From the NCBI GenBank assembly GCA_026002795.1, contig BPGA01000001.1, positions 331,759 through 355,758 on the forward strand: a stretch of DNA of 24,000 nucleotides. The letters run 5' to 3'. Position 1 is the stretch's first letter. Each line of letters opens with the position of its first letter. The notes below the pieces were generated by a model. That model was not told where the DNA came from, made no database searches, and saw only the letters and a program-made list of their open reading frames with translations. A program made the position numbers and the translations under genes. This document shows, piece after piece, positions 1 to 7,404 of the stretch. The DNA is from Candidatus Pacearchaeota archaeon (GTDB lineage: Archaea; Nanobdellota; Nanobdellia; Pacearchaeales; GW2011-AR1).

Positions 1-791
1 TATCTCTTTTTTGGATTATTGCAGCTACAATAGAAGATTTTAAAAAAAAAGAAATTGAAAACTGGATTAGTTTTTCCTTAATAATTTTTGCTCTTGGCTT
101 TAGATTTTTCCATAGTTTATTTTTTGAAGATTTTAATTTTTTTTATCAAGGGATTTTTGGCTTACTTGCTTTCTTTATTATAGGAAATGTCTTTTATTAT
201 TCTAGATTTTTTGCAGGAGGTGATTCAAAACTTTTTATGTCTTTAGGTCCAATAATTTTTTTATCTTTAGACTTGAAAAATAATTTAAGTTTAACTTTAT
301 TTTTTTTAGTTTTATTCTTTGTTATAAGCGCAATTTATATAATAATAGCAAGTACTTATCTTGCATTTAAAAATTCAAAAAAAACAATTAAAGAGTTTAA
401 AAAACAATTTGAATACAATAAAAAAAACATCTATGCAATACTTATTTTCTCTTTAATTTTAATGGTTTTTGGATTAATCTTTTTTGAATTTCTTTTTTTT
501 CTTGGTTTTTTGTTTTTTTTACTTCCATATTTTTTTATTCTTTTGAAATCAATAGAAGAAGCTTGTCTTATTAAAAAAATAGATACAAAAAATTTGACTG
601 AAGGAGATTGGCTTTATGAAGATGTTAAAATTGGAAGAAACACCATAAAAAAGAGTTGGCACGGATTAACAAAAAAAGAAATAAATCTTATAAGAAAAAA
701 ATATAAAAAAATAAAAATTAAAGAAGGAATTCCCTTTACCCCAACTTTTTTAATTTCTATTGTTATTTTTTTCTTGCTTAAGGTATTCTAG
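1..791 (+). CDS. Type IV prepilin/preflagellin signal peptidase (A24 family, GxGD aspartyl protease); 5' end lies outside the window
   Basis: Frame 3 is open from base 3 and runs into the listed 237..791 ORF. Hand translation of 3..236 gives SLFWIIAATIEDFKKKEIENW...YYSRFFAGGDSKLFMSLGP. This contains a first catalytic-Asp context (EDFKKKEI) and the second GxGD-type motif (AGGDSKLF). The protein has many hydrophobic helices and a C-terminal GIPFTPTFL resembling the PilD/FlaK IPFxP tail. Confidence 0.6.
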   Translation, partial: SLFWIIAATIEDFKKKEIENWISFSLIIFALGFRFFHSLFFEDFNFFYQGIFGLLAFFIIGNVFYYSRFFAGGDSKLFMSLGPIIFLSLDLKNNLSLTLFFLVLFFVISAIYIIIASTYLAFKNSKKTIKEFKKQFEYNKKNIYAILIFSLILMVFGLIFFEFLFFLGFLFFLLPYFFILLKSIEEACLIKKIDTKNLTEGDWLYEDVKIGRNTIKKSWHGLTKKEINLIRKKYKKIKIKEGIPFTPTFLISIVIFFLLKVF

Positions 792-1383
792 GTTTAATCA
801 ATTCTACTGTCTTTTCTATCTTTTTTTCTGGCTTTCTCATTTCTTTTTTTGATAAAATCTCTTTAAGATATTCTAACTCTTCAAAATTTGCCTTTTTTCT
901 GACTAGGTTTTTCTCGTCAGAGCCTTTATACAAGGGTATTAAATTTATAATTTCATGACCAAAGAAATTAACTGTTTCTATTTTTATGTCTTTAGGCTTT
1001 AACTTTTCTTTTATTTTTTTAGAAATTTTTTTAACTAATTTCCAAGAATCAATTTTAATTTTTTCAGAAGAAGAAAAATGTTCTTTAGGAATTATTAAAA
1101 CATGTCCTTTAGAGAGCGGATTAATTTCTAAAACAGCAATTGAATTTTTTGTTTCTCCTATTTTTTTCGATTCGATAATATTGGCAACAATCCCGCAAAA
1201 AACGCATTCAACTTTAATCTCTTTTTTTAATAAATTATTCTTAACTAAGAATTCTTCAAGTTCATGAGGAGACATAGAGATAATTTTTTGTATCGCAAAA
1301 TCTTTTTTTTCCTCTGGAAAACTTTTTTCTATATGCTCAATTAATTGTTTTTTTATTTTTTCAGTTTCTTTTTCGCTTAACAT
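778..1383 (-). CDS. HIT-fold (histidine triad family) protein with an N-terminal extension of about 60 aa and a degenerate triad
   Basis: The core CVFCGIV...IAVLEINPLSKGHVLIIPKEHF matches the HIT-family consensus (CIFC.I...AFLDI.P...GH.LViPK.H). The C-terminal GHEIINLIPLYKG aligns with the HxHxHxxPRYxG motif, but only the first His is kept. Confidence 0.6.
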   Translation of the reverse strand: MLSEKETEKIKKQLIEHIEKSFPEEKKDFAIQKIISMSPHELEEFLVKNNLLKKEIKVECVFCGIVANIIESKKIGETKNSIAVLEINPLSKGHVLIIPKEHFSSSEKIKIDSWKLVKKISKKIKEKLKPKDIKIETVNFFGHEIINLIPLYKGSDEKNLVRKKANFEELEYLKEILSKKEMRKPEKKIEKTVELIKPRIP

Positions 1384-1439
1384 TATTCATAAAACTTTTT
1401 TAATTTAATAAAACTATCTAAAAATAAATTTTTAAAAGT

Positions 1440-1703
1440 TTAACCTAAAGCTCTTCTAATATCTAAAATTTCTACTGAATTCACTTCTTCCATGTTTTGA
1501 ATTTTAATTTCTAAAGGTTCTAAATCTTTATCTTCGGGATATAAAAAAGTTACAATTAGTGCCTTCAATCCAAAAGCAATCGGCTCAACTTCATAATTAA
1601 TATTTTCTGCTTCACTTAAAATATTTTTTAACTTGTTTTTTAATGACTCAAAATTTGTTTCTATTGTTTTTGGCATAATTTTTATTTTAACAATGATGGC
1701 CAT
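1440..1703 (-). CDS. ef1b: Translation elongation factor aEF-1 beta
   Basis: It is 87 aa, the typical size. MAIIVKIKIMP...EVEPIAFGLKALIVTF...VEILDIRR matches the conserved archaeal EF-1beta pattern (EEPIAFGLKAL). Confidence 0.8.
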   Translation of the reverse strand: MAIIVKIKIMPKTIETNFESLKNKLKNILSEAENINYEVEPIAFGLKALIVTFLYPEDKDLEPLEIKIQNMEEVNSVEILDIRRALG

Positions 1704-1724
1704 TTTCTTAAAGAATAAAAAGAG

Positions 1725-1732
1725 TTTATAAA
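1725..1732 (-). promoter_or_regulatory. TATA box (palindromic TTTATAAA) for leaderless ef1b
   Basis: The TTTATAAA centre lies about 25.5 nt from the ef1b ATG at 1703. The same octamer and spacing recur upstream of radA, the MFS gene and apgM. Confidence 0.45.
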
Positions 1733-1783
1733 TTTTTTATTTCAAACAACAACACTTAAAAAGAAACATGTTTTATCGCATTT

Positions 1784-2716
1784 ATGGATAATTATGAAAG
1801 ATTAATAGAAAAGATAGCTTCTATTTCAGGTCTTGAGAAAGAAGAGATAGAAATGAAAATTGAAGAAAAAAGAAATAAGCTTTCTGGGTTGATAAGCAAA
1901 GAAGGAGCAGCTCAAATTGTTGCAGCAGAGCTTGGAATCTCTCTAGATCAAGAAAAATTTAAAATAGGTGAACTAGTTCCAGGAATGAGGAAAGTTAATG
2001 TTATTGCAAAGGTTATAGACCTTTCTCCAATTAGGGTTTTTAAGACAAAATCTGGAAAAGAGAGTAAAGTTGTTTCGTTAAATATTGCAGATGAAACTTC
2101 AAATATAAGAGCTGTTTTATGGGATACAAAACACATAGAACTTATAGAAAAAGGAGAGATTTCTTTAGGAAGCGTTGTTGAAATAAAAAACGCAACAATA
2201 AGAGAAAACGAACTCCATCTTGGAAATTTTTCTGAGATTAAATCAATTAACCATAATTTTGAAAGTATCGTTACAGAAAAACAATATCAAGAAAAAGAAA
2301 TTTCTAAAATAAGAAAAGGAGAAAGCGTTAAAGTGAGAGCTTTTATTGTTCAAATTTTCGAACCAAGAACTTATTTTTTCTGTTCTGAATGCAATAAAAA
2401 AATAGAACAAGAAATATGCCAAATACATTCTGATAATATTCCTGAAAAAAGAATTGTTTTTAATGTTATTCTAGATGACGGATCTTCATCAATAAGAGCT
2501 GTTTTTTTTAATGATCTTGTTAGCTTTATTGGTTATAACAATATAGATGAAAAAGAAAAAAATAATTTTTTGATAGACAACTTACTAGGTAAAGAAATGT
2601 ACTTTTATGGAGACATTAGGGAAAACGCTTTTTTTAATAATCTAGAGCTTATTGTTGATAAGATAGAAGAAGTAAATATTGATGAGCTTTTAACAAAACT
2701 CGAAAGAAAAGATTAA
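1784..2716 (+). CDS. rpa: Replication protein A (RPA)-like ssDNA-binding protein: two OB folds plus a zinc finger
   Basis: There are two OB-like segments (VNVIAKVIDLSPIRVF...VVSLNIADETSNIRAVLWD and VKVRAFIVQIFEPRTYF). The second carries CSECNKKIEQEICQIH, the C-x2-C-x8-C-x2-H zinc motif known from euryarchaeal RPA. Confidence 0.7.
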   Translation: MDNYERLIEKIASISGLEKEEIEMKIEEKRNKLSGLISKEGAAQIVAAELGISLDQEKFKIGELVPGMRKVNVIAKVIDLSPIRVFKTKSGKESKVVSLNIADETSNIRAVLWDTKHIELIEKGEISLGSVVEIKNATIRENELHLGNFSEIKSINHNFESIVTEKQYQEKEISKIRKGESVKVRAFIVQIFEPRTYFFCSECNKKIEQEICQIHSDNIPEKRIVFNVILDDGSSSIRAVFFNDLVSFIGYNNIDEKEKNNFLIDNLLGKEMYFYGDIRENAFFNNLELIVDKIEEVNIDELLTKLERKD

Positions 2717-2801
2717 AGTAGACTTTGTAATAATAATTTTTGTTTTAATTCTTGTTTTAGTTTCAATTTTATCTTACTTTCTTGGTTTAAAAATAGGAGA
2801 C

Positions 2802-3131
2802 TTGAAAGCAAATAGAAAATGGGAGCTTGAAATTCCATTACATAGAAAAGAGGCCATAGAGAAGTCTAGAGCTATTTTATCAGGCCAAATTTCAGAGCAG
2901 ATTGCACCTTATTTTTATGATTTTCCTTATAAGCCAACTGAATGCAGGTTTTTAGGAAAGCCCATAGATTTTATTGTTTTTCCTGGGCTAGAAGAAGGAA
3001 ATCCAAGAGAAATAGTTTTTTTAGAAGTAAAAACAAACACCTCCAGCCTATCAAAAAAACAAAGAGCAATAAAAAAACTTGTTGAAGATAAAAAAGTTGG
3101 TTGGAAAGAGTATAAAATAAATTATGATTAA
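2802..3131 (+). CDS. Endonuclease related to archaeal Holliday junction resolvase (PD-(D/E)xK; COG4741/PF10107-like). The true start is probably upstream and would include a TM helix
   Basis: SGQISEQIAPYFYDFPYKPTECRFLGKPIDFIVFPGLEEGNPREIVFLEVKTNTSSLSKKQRAIKKLVEDKKVGW matches my memory of this family (G.vSEqlaP....FpY.p.D.RFLG.PIDfIvF.Gl....I.FvEVKtG.s.Ls..e). The D...E.K catalytic core is present. The listed start is TTG. The same frame is open back to 2694 and encodes a hydrophobic helix. Confidence 0.65.
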   Translation: MKANRKWELEIPLHRKEAIEKSRAILSGQISEQIAPYFYDFPYKPTECRFLGKPIDFIVFPGLEEGNPREIVFLEVKTNTSSLSKKQRAIKKLVEDKKVGWKEYKINYD

Positions 3132-3154
3132 GGATAGTCTAGAGCCAAATAATC

Positions 3155-3162
3155 TTTATAAA
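3155..3162 (+). promoter_or_regulatory. TATA box (TTTATAAA) for leaderless radA
   Basis: The octamer centre is about 25.5 nt upstream of the radA ATG at 3184, and no Shine-Dalgarno sequence lies between them. Confidence 0.45.
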
Positions 3163-3183
3163 GAGACGCTATGTTAGAATTTT

Positions 3184-4161
3184 ATGGTGTCTAAAAATAA
3201 GCCAGAAGAAATTAAACTTACAGATCTTCCTGGTGTTGGTTCAGCAGTTGCATCAAAACTAGAGTCTGCAGGAATATATGATGTTATGGCTGTTGCTGTT
3301 TTAGCCCCTTCTTCTTTATCAGAACTAGCAGGAATTAGTGAAAGCAACGCCAGAAAAATAATTCAGGCAGCTAGAAAAATGTTGGACCTAGGGTTTATTG
3401 AAGGAACAGAGTATGCAAAAAAAAGAGAGAGTGTTTTTTATATAACAACAGGAAGTAAAGCACTAGATTCCTTATTAGGAGGTAAAGGAATTGAATCTAA
3501 GGCAATTACAGAGGTTTTTGGGGCTTATGGTTCTGGAAAAACCCAAATTGGATTAATGCTATCTGTGAACGTTCAACTTCCTTACGAAAAAGGAGGAGCA
3601 TCTGGAAAATGTGCTTTTATCGATACAGAAGGCACTTTTAGACCATCAAGAATAAAGCAAATTGCAGAACAAAAAGAACTTAATCCAGAAAGCGTTTTAA
3701 AAAATATTTTTGTTGCAAGAGCTTTTAATTCAGACCATCAGATATTGCTTGTTGATAAGATTTCTGAAATGATAAAAGAAGGTGAGAAAATAAAATTAGT
3801 TGTTGTTGATTCTTTAACAGCACATTTTAGAGCAGAGTTTTCAGGAAGAGGGATGCTAGCAGATAGACAGCAAAAACTTAATAGGTATATACATCAACTG
3901 ATGAGACTTGCTGAAACTTATAATTTAGCTGTTTATGTTACTAATCAAGTTATGGCAAACCCTGCTCAGTTATTTGGTGATCCGACAACAGCTATAGGGG
4001 GGCATATTGTAGGACACGCTTCAACTTATAGAATCTATTTAAGAAGAGGAAAAGGAGGGACAAGAGTTGCAAAGATGATTGATTCTCCAAACCTTCCAGA
4101 GAACGAGGTTGTGTTTAATGTTACAGAGGCAGGAATTTCAGATGGAAAGAGCGATGAATAA
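3184..4161 (+). CDS. radA: DNA repair and recombination protein RadA
   Basis: An N-terminal HhH domain ([20 protein letters not shown]), Walker A (GAYGSGKTQ), Walker B ([13 protein letters not shown]) and VYVTNQV...[20 protein letters not shown] are all present. Size and motifs are canonical for archaeal RadA. Confidence 0.95.
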   Translation: MVSKNKPEEIKLTDLPGVGSAVASKLESAGIYDVMAVAVLAPSSLSELAGISESNARKIIQAARKMLDLGFIEGTEYAKKRESVFYITTGSKALDSLLGGKGIESKAITEVFGAYGSGKTQIGLMLSVNVQLPYEKGGASGKCAFIDTEGTFRPSRIKQIAEQKELNPESVLKNIFVARAFNSDHQILLVDKISEMIKEGEKIKLVVVDSLTAHFRAEFSGRGMLADRQQKLNRYIHQLMRLAETYNLAVYVTNQVMANPAQLFGDPTTAIGGHIVGHASTYRIYLRRGKGGTRVAKMIDSPNLPENEVVFNVTEAGISDGKSDE

Positions 4162-4167
4162 GATAAA

Positions 4168-4314
4168 ATGTTTAAACTTAAAAAATGTCAAAAATGTAAG
4201 ATTTATACATTACAAGAGAAATGTAGGATTTGCGGTAAAAATACAGAATCAGCTCACTACAAATACTTAAAATTTGAAAACAAAGTGCAAGATAAAAAAG
4301 AACAAATTATTTAA
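4168..4314 (+). CDS. nop10: H/ACA RNP subunit Nop10 (48 aa; not in the ORF track)
   Basis: Hand translation gives MFKLKKCQKCKIYTLQEKCRICGKNTESAHYKYLKFENKVQDKKEQII. The CxxC...CxxC zinc ribbon followed by AH..(K/R)F matches archaeal Nop10 (e.g. KCPKCGRYTL...CP.CG..T..AHPPRFSP). Confidence 0.75.
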   Translation: MFKLKKCQKCKIYTLQEKCRICGKNTESAHYKYLKFENKVQDKKEQII

Positions 4315-4336
4315 TTAAAGTCTTTTTATTTTTTTG

Positions 4337-5569
4337 ATGGAAATTATTGCTGACTTGCAAATTCATTCAAGATATTCACGAGCAACATCGAAAGACATTT
4401 CTATAGAAAATCTTGAGAAATATGCTAGAATTAAGGGTTTAGATTTGCTAGGGACAGGAGATTTTCAGCACCCTTTATGGAAAAAAGAGATTGATGAAAA
4501 ACTTATTGAAGATGAAAACGGAATTTTAAGAACTGAAACAGGATTTCCTTTTTTGTGGCAGACAGAAGTTAGTTTAATTTACTCTCAAGACGGAAAAAGA
4601 AGAGCAGTACATCTTCTTGTTTTTTCTCCAAATAGAGAAACATCTGAAAAAATTATAAAATATCTTTCAACAAAAGGCAGAGTTGATTATGATGGAAGGC
4701 CTATTTTTAATATAAACTCTAGAGATTTTGTTAAAGAGCTTAAAACCATTAATGATGAAATCGAAATTATTCCAGCGCATTGTATGACTCCTTGGTTTGG
4801 TTTATTTGGAAGTAAATCTGGGTTTAATTCAATAGAAGAGTGTTTTAAAGACCAGGCCGATAAAATACATGCAATAGAATCAGGAATGAGTGCAGATCCA
4901 GAGATGTTATGGAGACTTAAAGAGGTCGCTTCAGGAAAAATCAATATTGTAAGTTTTTCTGATGCACATAGTTTTTGGCCATGGAGAATTGGAAGAGAAG
5001 CAACAATTTTTGAATTTTCTGAAAATAAAATATCTTATTCTTCAATAATTAAAGCAATAAGAACAGGCAAAGGATTAAAAGCTACAATAGAAACACCTCC
5101 AGAATATGGAAAATATCATTGGGACGGACATAGGTTTTGTAAATTTTCTTCTGATCCTAAAAAAACAAAACAACTTAAAGGAATTTGTCCTGTTTGCGGA
5201 AAATCTTTAACAATAGGTGTTGAATCTCGTTTAGAAGAAATTTCATACAAAGAAAAAGGATTTAAACCAGAAAATTCAAAGGAGTTTTATAAAATTCTTC
5301 CTCTTCATGAATTAATTTCTCTTTTTTATAAAATTCCTTTGGGAGGAAAAATTTCATGGGAAAAATATAACTTATTAATAAAAGAATTTGGAAACGAATT
5401 TAATATACTCCTTAAAGCATCAAAAGAAGAACTAATTAAAAAAATTGACATTAAGTTTGCCGATTTAATTATAAAAAATAGAAAAGGAAAAATAAAAGTT
5501 ATTCCAGGTTATGATGGAGAATATGGAAAAGCAGTTTTAGAAGAAGAACAATCAAAACTATCTTTTTAA
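4337..5569 (+). CDS. endoQ: Endonuclease Q (EndoQ; PHP-domain nuclease acting at deaminated or abasic sites)
   Basis: EIIADLQIHSRYSRATSK...GLDLLGTGDFQHPLW, AVHLLVFSP, IPAHCMTPW, ESGMSADP, FSDAHS, YGKYHWDGHRFC, CPVCGKSLTIGVESR and a terminal VIPGYDGEYGK track the Pyrococcus EndoQ sequence (DLHIHSHYSKA...GTGDSLNPHW...KCPKCGG.IKKGV...PGGGGKYGE). The track start at 4334 is TTG, and ATG at 4337 is more likely. Confidence 0.8.
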   Translation: MEIIADLQIHSRYSRATSKDISIENLEKYARIKGLDLLGTGDFQHPLWKKEIDEKLIEDENGILRTETGFPFLWQTEVSLIYSQDGKRRAVHLLVFSPNRETSEKIIKYLSTKGRVDYDGRPIFNINSRDFVKELKTINDEIEIIPAHCMTPWFGLFGSKSGFNSIEECFKDQADKIHAIESGMSADPEMLWRLKEVASGKINIVSFSDAHSFWPWRIGREATIFEFSENKISYSSIIKAIRTGKGLKATIETPPEYGKYHWDGHRFCKFSSDPKKTKQLKGICPVCGKSLTIGVESRLEEISYKEKGFKPENSKEFYKILPLHELISLFYKIPLGGKISWEKYNLLIKEFGNEFNILLKASKEELIKKIDIKFADLIIKNRKGKIKVIPGYDGEYGKAVLEEEQSKLSF

Positions 5570-5582
5570 ATTAAAAAATAAC

Positions 5583-6746
5583 CTAACAAATTTCGAAATA
5601 TTCTACTTTTTTTAGAGTTTCTCTAATCAATTTCTTCATTTTTAGTTTATTGAAAACATACTTAATTTCAGATAGTTTTACAGACGTTGAAGGCTTTTTA
5701 GAAACAACACTGCAACAATCTTTATACTTTTTAATGCTTTCTTCATAAGTACCTATTTTTTTTGAGAGATCAATTATTTCTTGTTTGTCATAACATAGTA
5801 AAGGCCTTAAAACAGGAATTTCTATTTTATAGTTTGTAGCAACAATATTATCAAGTGTTTGACTTGCAACTTGTGAAAGACTATCTCCCGTTCCAATCGC
5901 TTTATATTTTTTCTTTAAAGCAATTTCTTGAGCGACAAGCAACATAAAACTTTTAAAAGCAACAAGCTCTAACCTTTGTTGTATTTTATTTAGTGTTGCT
6001 AGTTCATAAGGATAATAAGGAGCTAAAAATATTCTAGATTTGAACTGATATTTATTTAATTTTTCTATAATTTTTCTTATTTTTGTTTTTAGGACCTCTC
6101 TATTATCTTTAAACACATGAAAATGTAAAAAATCAACCCTATGACCTCTTTTCATAAATAACCAAGAAGCTAGTGCTGAATCTATACCGCCAGAAAGAAG
6201 TACTAGAATTTTTCCTCCTGAAGAAATAGGCAATCCACCGGGCCCCTCAATTTTCTTTCTATAAAAATATGCCTTTTTAGAAGTTATTTCTAAAAAAAAT
6301 TTATTTTCAGAACTAAAATCCACTTTAATATTTTTTTTAAAGGCTTCTTCTCCTATTTTTTTACTTAATTCTAAAGAAGTTAAAGGGAATTTTTTATAAG
6401 ATCTTTTTACAGAAGGAGATATTGTTTTAAGATTTTCTTTCTTCATTTTATTTAAGATTTTTTTAATTTTCTTAATTATCTCTTTCATTTCAAGATTAGA
6501 ATCTTCAGCAAAAGCAAAATATTTTATTCCAAAAACATTTGATAAGCAATTTTGAATTTTCGAAATTTCTTTTTTATTTTTTGTATTTAAAGAACAAATT
6601 AACCTAGAATCTTCTTTTTTTATAGAATAAAAACTAATTCCTTCTCTTTTCAAAGACTTTCTAATATTCTCAATCAATTTATTTTCAAAAAAACCCCTAT
6701 TTTTTCCCTTTAAGAATATTTCAGAATAATGAATAACAACCTTCAT
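5583..6746 (-). CDS. thiI: tRNA 4-thiouridine synthase ThiI (THUMP domain plus PP-loop ATPase, no rhodanese domain)
   Basis: An N-terminal ferredoxin-like/THUMP region (VIHYSEIFLKGKNR), a PP-loop (VLLSGGIDSALA), RPLLCYDKQEII and a conserved Cys region (KDCCSVVSKKPST) are present. Confidence 0.85.
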   Translation of the reverse strand: MKVVIHYSEIFLKGKNRGFFENKLIENIRKSLKREGISFYSIKKEDSRLICSLNTKNKKEISKIQNCLSNVFGIKYFAFAEDSNLEMKEIIKKIKKILNKMKKENLKTISPSVKRSYKKFPLTSLELSKKIGEEAFKKNIKVDFSSENKFFLEITSKKAYFYRKKIEGPGGLPISSGGKILVLLSGGIDSALASWLFMKRGHRVDFLHFHVFKDNREVLKTKIRKIIEKLNKYQFKSRIFLAPYYPYELATLNKIQQRLELVAFKSFMLLVAQEIALKKKYKAIGTGDSLSQVASQTLDNIVATNYKIEIPVLRPLLCYDKQEIIDLSKKIGTYEESIKKYKDCCSVVSKKPSTSVKLSEIKYVFNKLKMKKLIRETLKKVEYFEIC

Positions 6747-6795
6747 TTTAAAATTTAAATTAAAAATAAATAGTAGTTATTTAAATATATGTCAC

Positions 6796-6804
6796 TTTAT
6801 ATAA
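6796..6804 (+). promoter_or_regulatory. TATA box (TTTATATAA) for tRNA-Arg
   Basis: It is centred about 25 nt upstream of the mature tRNA 5' end at 6825. Confidence 0.5.
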
Positions 6805-6824
6805 TTTACGCAAAAAAACCTAGA

Positions 6825-6896
6825 GCCTCCATAGTTCAACGGATAGAACGCAACCTTGCGGAGGTTGAAATCGAGGTTCGAATCCTCGTGGAGGCA
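6825..6896 (+). tRNA. tRNA-Arg (anticodon GCG)
   Basis: Hand fold: acceptor GCCTCCA/TGGAGGC, D stem GTTC/GAAC, anticodon stem CAACC/GGTTG with loop TTGCGGA, T arm CGAGG-TTCGAAT-CCTCG, discriminator A. No encoded CCA. A T-run follows. Confidence 0.9.
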
Positions 6897-6898
6897 TT

Positions 6899-7327
6899 TT
6901 AATCAAGAGTAAGACCCTCTAAATACTCTTTAAGTTTTGGATGTAATGATGTAGTAAAATATTTGTTTAGTTCTTTAGGAGAGACCCATTTTACTTCTGA
7001 AAAATCTTCATTTGGCTTTAGTTTTCCTCCAACAACCTCACACAAAAAATAAATTGCAAGAAGATCTCTTTTTTCAGGATATGTTTTGGCAAATATAACT
7101 CCTAAACTTTCAACGTCTAAATTTGTTTCTTCTTTTACTTCTCTTTTTATTGCTTCTTCAAGCTCTTCACCAAATTCAGGCCTTCCTCCTGGAAAAGCCC
7201 AAGTCAAACCCTTAATATCTTTTTCATCTTTTCTTTTTCCTATCAAAATTTTTCTAGTTTTAGAATCAAATATAATTCCTAAAACAATAGGATAATAAAC
7301 CCCTCTTTTCATTTGAACTTCTATCAT
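6899..7327 (-). CDS. Nudix hydrolase
   Basis: The Nudix box GGRPEFGEELEEAIKREVKEETNL (Gx5Ex7REUxEExGU) is intact. Confidence 0.85.
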   Translation of the reverse strand: MIEVQMKRGVYYPIVLGIIFDSKTRKILIGKRKDEKDIKGLTWAFPGGRPEFGEELEEAIKREVKEETNLDVESLGVIFAKTYPEKRDLLAIYFLCEVVGGKLKPNEDFSEVKWVSPKELNKYFTTSLHPKLKEYLEGLTLD

Positions 7328-7404
7328 ATAAAAACCTAATGTAAATCTTTTTTAAATTTTATGAAAATTTGTATCTAGTTTAAAGGAAAAACACAAGAAA
7401 AAAT

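Noticed and set aside
986-1267. 93-aa ORF antisense to the HIT-like gene
   Set aside because: It lies wholly inside a CDS with recognisable HIT motifs. The F/I/S/L-rich translation is typical of the antisense strand of K/E-rich AT-rich genes.
1948-2428. Two ORFs (1948..2136 and 2243..2428) antisense to the RPA-like gene
   Set aside because: They are embedded in a CDS with OB-fold and zinc-finger motifs, and their translations are low-complexity and hydrophobic.
4079-4270. Listed 63-aa plus-strand ORF spanning the radA 3' end and the downstream spacer
   Set aside because: It overlaps the radA C-terminus in another frame, and its downstream part is out of frame with the clearly recognisable Nop10 zinc-ribbon ORF (4168..4314). 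The translation has no motif.
4687-4944. 85-aa ORF antisense to endoQ
   Set aside because: It lies inside a strongly supported CDS and has no motif.
7086-7295. 69-aa ORF antisense to the Nudix gene
   Set aside because: It lies opposite the intact Nudix box, and its Ser/Phe-rich translation is an antisense artefact.
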